Below, piece after piece: positions 1 to 6,020 of a DNA stretch of 64,000 nucleotides (positions are counted from its first letter, which is position 1; each line of letters starts with the position of its first letter). The translations under genes were made by a program, and so were the position numbers. The DNA lies in contig JAFSWY010000172.1 of NCBI GenBank assembly GCA_017444295.1, forward strand, positions 7,548 through 71,547. The letters run 5' to 3'. The DNA comes from Selenomonadaceae bacterium. Lineage in GTDB: Bacteria; Bacillota; Negativicutes; Selenomonadales; Selenomonadaceae. The notes beneath the pieces were generated by a model, which was not told the DNA's origin, ran no database searches, and saw only the letters and a program-made list of their open reading frames with translations.

Positions 1-1305
1 CGCCTTGGGGCAATCATGGATGATAAGGCCCTCCTTCTTGTAAGGCTCGGAAGGGGGGGCGGGTGGTGTGGGCGTAGGCGTATTTGTTGGGTCATTGCTG
101 GCATCGTAGATGCCAAGCGCAGGAGAACTATCCTTGGTGAAATAATAGGTTCCGTTGCCATCTGTGTCAATGCCCACATTATGGGAAGTATCCACGGAAA
201 CAAGTGTCCCGCTGGTGTATGTATAGTAATGGCTTCCGCCGGTATTGTTTGCCTGAGCGCTCTTGATTCCGTCGTACAATGCCTTCGCCAAATCGGATAC
301 ATTGGCAACATCAGCTATGCCGATGGTATATGCCTTTGCCTGGGGATTCGTTGTTGATGGATTGTTGTCATAAGTGGAAGCAGAGTTAGCTAGGCTGGCA
401 TCAAAGCGGAAATTCAGGAACTGATAACATGCACCGCAGAGAATAGAGAATCCCTGTTGGTTGAAATCCCCTACGGTGGGTGTGGAGCCATCTGTGGTAC
501 GCACTGCACCAGAAAAGTCAATCTTGACCTTCGTGCCGCCAGAGTAGGATTGCTGGGCAGTAGCATTGATAGGGCCGCCCCTGAACATCTGCCCCCCGGA
601 ACTTGTGCCTGTCATGGCAGAGAAGTTGGAGGCCAAATTTCTCACCGAAGTATTTTGCACCAAGCCGCTGGCGGTAGTGGCCGGTCCCGAGGCAGCCGTG
701 CTTGCCGCACTTGCAGCCGCCCAGTTCGCCCGATTGCTGGGCCGATAAACCCACACATCCTCAATGGGCAATTGGGTGGTGGTCATGCCATTGTAGAGTG
801 GCACAGTAAGCGACCCGTTGCTGTCCTTGTCCATGGGAAGCTGCACCGGGTCGGTGTACTTCATGGCATCCGGGGACTCATAGCGGCCGTCCAGAAGAAT
901 CTTCCCGTTGTAGCTGGTCTCCGAGGCGATGTCCTGGATGAGATCCATCCGCTTGTCGTATTCCTTTTGAAGGGTTGCCCGATCCGAGTCCGTGTTGTGG
1001 TCGTTCATGGCATTCAGGCACATTTCCTTCATGGAGCGAAGGTTGTTGATGATGGACTGGATGCCTCCCTCCGCCACGGCCACAAGGCTGTTCCCCGTCT
1101 GGACGTTTCGGATGTTCTGGTTCAGGGAACGAATCTGCACCCGCATCTTCTCGGAGATGGAGTACCCGCTGGCATTGTCCCCGGAGCTGTTGAAGTCCAT
1201 CCCCGTGGACACCTTTTTCAGCGACTTGGATAGGTTGCTGTTGTTCTGGTTCAAGGTGTTCAGGGCACTGTTCGCCGCAAGGTTGTTCCTCACCTTCATT
1301 GACAT
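1..1305 (-). CDS. fliC: Flagellin paralog 1, N-terminal 435 codons. The ORF runs off the left window edge, so it is absent from the ORF track.
   Basis: Manual translation from ATG at 1305 gives MSMKVRNNLAANSALNTLNQNNSNLSKSLKKVSTGM...SGYSISEKMRVQIRSLNQNIRNVQTG, a canonical flagellin D0/D1 N-terminus. It is collinear with the 1635-3344 flagellin, including the QQGFSILCGACYQF block. The frame stays open to position 1. Confidence 0.9.
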   Translation of the reverse strand, partial: MSMKVRNNLAANSALNTLNQNNSNLSKSLKKVSTGMDFNSSGDNASGYSISEKMRVQIRSLNQNIRNVQTGNSLVAVAEGGIQSIINNLRSMKEMCLNAMNDHNTDSDRATLQKEYDKRMDLIQDIASETSYNGKILLDGRYESPDAMKYTDPVQLPMDKDSNGSLTVPLYNGMTTTQLPIEDVWVYRPSNRANWAAASAASTAASGPATTASGLVQNTSVRNLASNFSAMTGTSSGGQMFRGGPINATAQQSYSGGTKVKIDFSGAVRTTDGSTPTVGDFNQQGFSILCGACYQFLNFRFDASLANSASTYDNNPSTTNPQAKAYTIGIADVANVSDLAKALYDGIKSAQANNTGGSHYYTYTSGTLVSVDTSHNVGIDTDGNGTYYFTKDSSPALGIYDASNDPTNTPTPTPPAPPSEPYKKEGLIIHDCPKA

Positions 1306-1503
1306 GACCCGTCACCTTCTTTCGCAAAAAGCGCGGAACCGCAAACCCGGGACGGCCATGCCCTCCCCCAACGAAAACATGACTGTACGCTTCCCCGCAC
1401 AGTCTCCCCCGATACTTTTGTCCTCATGATGTCCACTCCCTTGGTGTTCTACCCTTCCTGTTTGGGCAATATTCTCCTTTTGGGTATATATATCGCTAAT
1501 CAT

Positions 1504-1530
1504 ATATCGTCATTTTTCAGAAAAAATTAA
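1504..1530 (-). promoter_or_regulatory. Sigma28 (FliA/SigD)-type promoter for flagellin paralog 1
   Basis: On the minus strand: TTAA, 17 nt, CGATAT. This matches the TAAA-N15-GCCGATAT class and the same architecture upstream of the other two flagellin genes. Confidence 0.5.
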
Positions 1531-1589
1531 GCGATTTTTACTGTATACTTTGCAATCCCTCGCAGAGGAACAGGAAACCGCAGGAGCGC

Positions 1590-1615
1590 AAAAAAACCTC
1601 CCCGCAGAGGGGAGG
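1590..1615 (-). terminator. Intrinsic terminator after flagellin paralog 2
   Basis: Minus strand: CCTCCCC-TCTG-CGGGGAGG hairpin followed by TTTTTTT, about 20 nt after the stop at 1635. Confidence 0.75.
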
Positions 1616-1634
1616 CATTGCGCCCGGGAAATTC

Positions 1635-3344
1635 CTATTGCAACAAGTCCAGCACGCCGCCCACGTTCTGGTTGGCCTGGGACAGCATGGACTGTGCCGT
1701 CTGGGAAAGGACGTTGTTCTTCGTATAGGTCATCATTTCCTTTGCCATGTCCGCATCCTGCATGGTGGACTCCGCGCTCTGGGTGTTCTCCTGGTCTATC
1801 ACCAGATTGTCCTCGGTGAAGCCGAGGCGGGAACGGTAGGCTCCCATGCGGGTGGCCTCGTTCAGGCTGTACTCAATGGCAAAATTCACATAACCGAGGG
1901 AAAGCGCCGCCAACTCCCTCGGGGTTGTGGCCGTCCCCTCGATTTTCAGTGCCCGTGGGTGCATGCTGTTGATGTAGACAGGGAGGTACTGGTTCTGCTT
2001 GGGGCCGTGATGGATGATGAGGGGATTGCCCGGCTCGTCTTCCTCATCAGATGCCGCCTCCGGCTCCGGATCCGGTGGCAGAGCCCAAGGGGGCGTATTC
2101 TTGTCATAAGTGCCATCATCATTGATACCAAGAATAGGCGACGAATCTTTTGAAATATAGTACTTCCCCGTGGGGTTGCCCTGAGAATCTGTTTCTTTTA
2201 CAAGATTCACATTGTGTCGTTCATCGATGGATACCACTGTTGCCGAATCGGAACGCAATGTGTTTGGTCTGGAACCATTGGCTGTGGCATAATTCGTATG
2301 GCTTGCAGCAATTCCGTCAAAAAGCGCAGCTTCCAAGTCCGATTCGTTTGTAACACCTTGTATCCCGATGGTGTATTCCCTTGCCTGTGAGTTCTTAGTG
2401 GAATATGCGGGGTTGTATGTGGATGCAGAAGTTGCCAAATTGGCATCAAAACGAATATTGATGAATTGATAGCATGCACCGCAAAGAATGGAAAATCCCT
2501 GCTGGTCAAAGTCCGAAGGATAACTGGCTGCCGTACCGTTCACGTTAGCGGCAGAAAAATCCACATATACTCCGATGCCCCCGGAATAGGACGTTTTCGC
2601 CTCGATTCCCACCGCAGTATGGGCAAACCCGGGACCGGCGGTTGTGTAGTTCCTCCCCGAAAAATTTGTTGCCAAATCCGATATGGTGTTCTGTATTATG
2701 GATCCACTCGTACCGGATGTACCAGCAGTACTGGATGCACTTGAGGTAGATGTGGTATATACACTTCCCGCAGGATTCGCTGTCTTGTATTTCCACACCG
2801 ATGTCACCGGGTCATTGGTGTATTCCACATTGTACACCGGCAACAGGTTCCCGTACTTGTCCTCTTCCAAGGGCAGTTCCACCGGGGCCTCGTAGCGCAT
2901 GGACTTGGGAGAATAATACTGGCCGTTCAGCAGCCTTCGCCCGTTGTAGTCCGTTTCCGCCGCAATGTCCGTGATGGTTTCCATGCGCTTGGAATATTCC
3001 TTGTTCAAGGTGTCCCTGTCCTGATCCGAGTTATGATCGTTCATGGAGTTCAGGAGCATTTCCTTCATGGTGCGGAGATTGTCCAGCACCGACTGGATGC
3101 CGCCCTCCGCCACGGCAATGAGGTTGTTCCCCGTCTTGACGTTCTGCACGTCCTGCCCCAGGGCGCGAACCATGACCTCCATTTTCTTCCCGATGGCATA
3201 GCCCGAAGAATCATCTCCCGCCCCGGTAATCCTCATGCCGGAGGACACCTTCTTGAGGGATTTCGCCAGCGCGCTGTTGTTCGCGTTCAACGTGTTCAGT
3301 GTATTATTCGCCGAAAGATTGTTCTTTACCACCATGGGCATCAT
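1635..3344 (-). CDS. fliC: Flagellin paralog 2 (569 aa) with a large variable central domain
   Basis: N-terminus MMPMVVKNNLSANNTLNTLNANNSALAKSLKKVSSGMRITGAGDDSSGYAIGKKM. C-terminus ...MAKEMMTYTKNNVLSQTAQSMLSQANQNVGGVLDLLQ. Both are canonical flagellin N and C domains. Confidence 0.97.
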   Translation of the reverse strand: MMPMVVKNNLSANNTLNTLNANNSALAKSLKKVSSGMRITGAGDDSSGYAIGKKMEVMVRALGQDVQNVKTGNNLIAVAEGGIQSVLDNLRTMKEMLLNSMNDHNSDQDRDTLNKEYSKRMETITDIAAETDYNGRRLLNGQYYSPKSMRYEAPVELPLEEDKYGNLLPVYNVEYTNDPVTSVWKYKTANPAGSVYTTSTSSASSTAGTSGTSGSIIQNTISDLATNFSGRNYTTAGPGFAHTAVGIEAKTSYSGGIGVYVDFSAANVNGTAASYPSDFDQQGFSILCGACYQFINIRFDANLATSASTYNPAYSTKNSQAREYTIGIQGVTNESDLEAALFDGIAASHTNYATANGSRPNTLRSDSATVVSIDERHNVNLVKETDSQGNPTGKYYISKDSSPILGINDDGTYDKNTPPWALPPDPEPEAASDEEDEPGNPLIIHHGPKQNQYLPVYINSMHPRALKIEGTATTPRELAALSLGYVNFAIEYSLNEATRMGAYRSRLGFTEDNLVIDQENTQSAESTMQDADMAKEMMTYTKNNVLSQTAQSMLSQANQNVGGVLDLLQ

Positions 3345-3392
3345 CCATCAACTCCTTGTTGCAAAAATCTTTCTTTCCTGAAAAAATAGCAT

Positions 3393-3406
3393 ATCCTTTG
3401 CAATCC
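3393..3406 (-). promoter_or_regulatory. Conserved flagellin leader box GGATTGCAAAGGAT (candidate CsrA site)
   Basis: The same box, GGATTGC(A/G)A(A/G)GGAT, occurs in the flagellin-3 leader at 41252-41265. A related copy GGGATTGCAAAG lies at about 1548-1560. GGA is the core of CsrA sites. Confidence 0.35.
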
Positions 3407-3413
3407 AACAGAT

Positions 3414-3441
3414 ATATCGTCATTTTCATAAAAAACCTTAA
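3414..3441 (-). promoter_or_regulatory. Sigma28-type promoter for flagellin paralog 2
   Basis: Minus strand: TTAA, 18 nt, CGATAT, about 70 nt upstream of the ATG at 3344. Confidence 0.55.
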
Positions 3442-3560
3442 GGCAAAATATCTTTATTATATTCTTTCCTGAAATTTCCTTAATCCATCCTCAAATGCAA
3501 AAAGGCTCCCATCTCCGATATTGCATAAAAAAACGGCAATAAAAATAATTTATCAGAATC

Positions 3561-3589
3561 TTGCCAAGGGTCAGAATCCATGATATAAT
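3561..3589 (+). promoter_or_regulatory. Near-consensus sigma70 promoter of orphan RNA gene 1
   Basis: TTGCCA (3561-3566), 17 nt, TATAAT (3584-3589). It is preceded by an A/T-rich UP-like tract, aaaaaaacggcaataaaaataattt. Confidence 0.65.
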
Positions 3590-3595
3590 ACAAGC

Positions 3596-3924
3596 AAATA
3601 GAGGGAAACGACCAGCGAGCCGCCCGCAGGGCCTTGGAGGGCAGGCGGCAGCGGTAGCCGAAACAGGCTTCCCTCTGGTGTAGGCGAAAGGGCGGATGTC
3701 TATTGATGCTTGACGGACAGGGAACCCCTTCGGACTGACTGATGAGTGCCACCTGTGAAGCGAGAGGATGTCCATCGAGGCAGGGGCGCGGAAACGTGCC
3801 TGAGGCTATATGGAATCGTCATTTGCACCGTCATCAGGAGGAAAGAACAGAGACACGAGGTTTTCACGAATGCCAATCTACGGGTAGACCGGCTTGCAGC
3901 GGTGTTGCAAGCCGGTTTTATTTT
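3596..3924 (+). ncRNA. Candidate structured small RNA, about 330 nt, family unknown
   Basis: Bounded by the promoter above and a strong terminator. No ORF with a ribosome-binding site. Complementary segments: 3600-3607/3669-3676 (8 bp) and 3710-3719/3769-3778 (9 of 10 bp). Eleven GGA triplets, including two GGATGTC. Confidence 0.5.
3889..3924 (+). terminator. Intrinsic terminator of RNA gene 1. It probably also stops the convergent glycosyltransferase operon.
   Basis: CCGGCTTGCA-gcggtg-TTGCAAGCCGG hairpin followed by TTTTATTTT. It lies 7 nt from the stop codon at 3931 of the minus-strand gene. Confidence 0.8.
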
Positions 3925-3930
3925 GCCCCG

Positions 3931-5130
3931 TTATTCCCCGGCATCCCTCCGCACCCTTGGCTCCTTCCGCATCAGCTCGTCGATGGCCGCGATGACCTGC
4001 CGGGGGGAGATGCGCTTGGAGCATTCCAGCTCCCGTTCCGTCCCGTTGTGGTAGGGGCAGATTTTCGACTGGAAGCGGGTCCGTATGTCATTGAAGCATC
4101 CATGGCACACATGGCGGTTGAGAATCCGGTAAGGCGTGTAGAACTCGCACCATGGCTGCGACATGCCGCTGATGAGGATCACCGGGCACCCCACGGCATG
4201 GGCCAGCCAGGAAAGGCCACTGCCAAGGCCGATGAAGAAATCCGCATAGTAGAGCATGTTTGCCCTGTCCATGATGCTGCGGTCCCCCGTCATGTCCTCC
4301 GCGCTGTCCGGCATCAGTGTCTCATAGTTCAGCTCCCGCTGGTAGGCGTGGCGGTCAATGCAGATGACCCGGTACCCCAGAGCGTTCAAATAGTCGGAAA
4401 CGATATCCCATCCACGGGGATAATGCCATCCCTTCGACAAGGTGGAGGCCTGCACGGCAATGCAGACATATTTCCCCTTCACGACACGGGGCCGCGTGGG
4501 ATGGAACGGGGGCAGGGGCGCAGGCCCGTGAACCCCCACGATTTCCCCTGCCATCTCATCCATGGGAAATGTCCGGGTATCGATGGGCGCTCCCATCTTG
4601 GTGTCAAACCATGCCGCCAGATAAAAAATGGCATAGGTATCCTCGGGCGCCTTCTCCCCCAATTGCGGAATCCCCGGATACAAATGCTCCGCAAGCTCCC
4701 TCAGATACTCCCCCTCCAGCTTATAATAAACCTCGCAGTGATACTTTTCCTTGAAGGCCTGGGCATAGGGAAGGGCAGCCAACGTGTCCCCCATGGCTCC
4801 CCAGACACTGTAGAACACCACCGTCTGCCCTTCGGGATCGAAGACATGGGAAAACACCGGCTCGCCATCCTTTTTCACATCGACGGCCCACCGGACAAAA
4901 TACTTTTCCATGGAAATGAGCAGAATGTCCGACACATCCTCATCCAGGAACATGTCCTCCGTATCATGGTCATATATCGATACATGCCAGTTCCCTTCCG
5001 GAACCTGCAAGCGAAGCCCTTGCCGAAAATCCAGCCTCAGGCCCGGAATCCCCGTCTCGCCCTGTACCGGCCCGGCAAATGGTTCCCATTCCTTGAACAG
5101 GCTCATTTGTGACAGCCAACGCTTATCCAT
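3931..5130 (-). CDS. GT9-fold heptosyltransferase-like protein resembling the TibC/Aah (BAHT) autotransporter O-heptosyltransferases
   Basis: GT9-like block FFIGLGSGLSWLAHAVGCPVILISG. C-terminal four-Cys cluster HVCHGCFNDIRTRFQSKICPYHNGTERELEC. The start was moved to ATG 5130 (GGAGG 8 nt upstream); the track start at 5199 is a GTG. Confidence 0.6.
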   Translation of the reverse strand: MDKRWLSQMSLFKEWEPFAGPVQGETGIPGLRLDFRQGLRLQVPEGNWHVSIYDHDTEDMFLDEDVSDILLISMEKYFVRWAVDVKKDGEPVFSHVFDPEGQTVVFYSVWGAMGDTLAALPYAQAFKEKYHCEVYYKLEGEYLRELAEHLYPGIPQLGEKAPEDTYAIFYLAAWFDTKMGAPIDTRTFPMDEMAGEIVGVHGPAPLPPFHPTRPRVVKGKYVCIAVQASTLSKGWHYPRGWDIVSDYLNALGYRVICIDRHAYQRELNYETLMPDSAEDMTGDRSIMDRANMLYYADFFIGLGSGLSWLAHAVGCPVILISGMSQPWCEFYTPYRILNRHVCHGCFNDIRTRFQSKICPYHNGTERELECSKRISPRQVIAAIDELMRKEPRVRRDAGE

Positions 5131-5205
5131 AGGCATGTCCTCCGGGTTCCTGCAAGTGAAGTAGCGAATCTCTCCCACGAAACCTCCCCCTCTTCCCACG
5201 CCGGT

Positions 5206-5865
5206 TCAGGAATCCTCGTATTCCCTGACCCGGAGCGTGAGATTCCTCTCCTCGCAAATCTTTCGGCAACGGGCGATTTCCTCGGCATCCTCCACCCTGT
5301 CCACAACGGTCAGAACCACATGCGGCACATATTTCTTGCAGTGCTCCGCAAAGGTGAGCATTCCCTCGTAGGATGCAATGCCGTGCTTCGCCCGTGTGAG
5401 TTCCAGGTAGCGCTCCGCGTTAGAGGCGTTGAGGCTGATGGAGACGGTGTCCAGCACGCCCTCGTAGTCCGCGGCGATTTCCCGCCCGTATTCCAGCTCG
5501 CCGAGTCCGTTGGTGTTGAGCCGTGTCGCCATGCCCGGATGCCGTTCCTTCACATAGTGCAGAAGAGCTGCCAGAACATCCTGCCGCTGGGTTGGCTCGC
5601 CGAAGCCGCAGAACACGACCTCCTTGATGTATTCCCAGGGCACGCTGTCCAGCTCTCTTTCGATTTCCTCAAGGGACGGCTCCTTTTTCAGCCAGAGGGA
5701 GGATTCCTCCGCCATCTTCTTCATGTTGCGCAGGCAGAACACACAGGAACAGTTGCAGCGGTTCGTGATGTTGACGTAGAGGTTCCGCTTGCCCTCCGGC
5801 TGAATCTTGAGGCTTTCCTCCAAGGGCAGGTACTTTCCTCCCTTGTGTGTCGCATATACAATCAT
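5206..5865 (-). CDS. Small radical SAM enzyme (219 aa)
   Basis: CxxxCxxC motif within NITNRCNCSCVFC. GGE-like FCGFGEPT. TNG motif. AAGGAG ribosome-binding site 8 nt before the ATG at 5865. Confidence 0.8.
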   Translation of the reverse strand: MIVYATHKGGKYLPLEESLKIQPEGKRNLYVNITNRCNCSCVFCLRNMKKMAEESSLWLKKEPSLEEIERELDSVPWEYIKEVVFCGFGEPTQRQDVLAALLHYVKERHPGMATRLNTNGLGELEYGREIAADYEGVLDTVSISLNASNAERYLELTRAKHGIASYEGMLTFAEHCKKYVPHVVLTVVDRVEDAEEIARCRKICEERNLTLRVREYEDS

Positions 5866-6020
5866 TGGGACATCTCCTTTTCCATGGCTTCCACGGCCAT
5901 CCCGTACTGCTGCCAGAGTTCCGGGGAAACCTCATCCCTCATCGGCGCAAACGCCTGCCGAAGCCCGCAGAAATTGCGGCAGGCGCGCAGGCGCTTTTCT
6001 GCGGGCAGTTCCCGCCCGTA

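Noticed and set aside
3739-3746. CUGAUGAG inside the orphan RNA at 3596-3924, which resembles the hammerhead ribozyme core.
   Set aside because: The remaining hammerhead elements are not present in the right arrangement. There is no stem II closed by CGAAA, no stem III and no UH cleavage site; GUGAAGC follows instead of GAAA with pairing partners.
3480-3775. Minus-strand ORFs of 90 and 94 aa overlapping the promoter and 5-prime half of the orphan RNA.
   Set aside because: There is no ribosome-binding site. The translations are Arg/Cys/Pro-rich. They would have to be transcribed from within the flagellin-proximal terminator-less gap. They are better explained as chance frames.
3596-3924. Whether this RNA is a housekeeping RNA or riboswitch: RNase P, tmRNA, SRP/4.5S, 6S, cobalamin, T-box or glmS.
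   Set aside because: By eye it lacks several defining elements: GAGGAAAGUCC with ACAGAAnnCGGCUUA (RNase P); a tRNA-like 3-prime end and tag ORF (tmRNA); GGAA-capped GUCCGGAAGGAAGCAGC (SRP); GGUGnGAAUCC/GCCACUG (cobalamin); and GGUGGUACCGCG (T-box). There is also no downstream plus-strand gene for a cis-regulator. This needs confirmation with cmscan.
5862-6020. The reading frame of the 856-aa glycosyltransferase stays open for 52 more codons past its TAG stop (6021-6023). It includes a 26-codon ATG ORF (5862-5942, MRDEVSPELWQQYGMAVEAMEKEMSQ) whose TGA overlaps the radical SAM start (ATGA). This raised the possibility of a RiPP precursor or stop-codon readthrough.
   Set aside because: There is no ribosome-binding site before the ATG at 5942. 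The peptide has no Cys/Ser/Thr-rich core typical of radical SAM RiPP substrates. An open frame of 52 codons is unremarkable in GC-rich DNA. I kept it only as a note.
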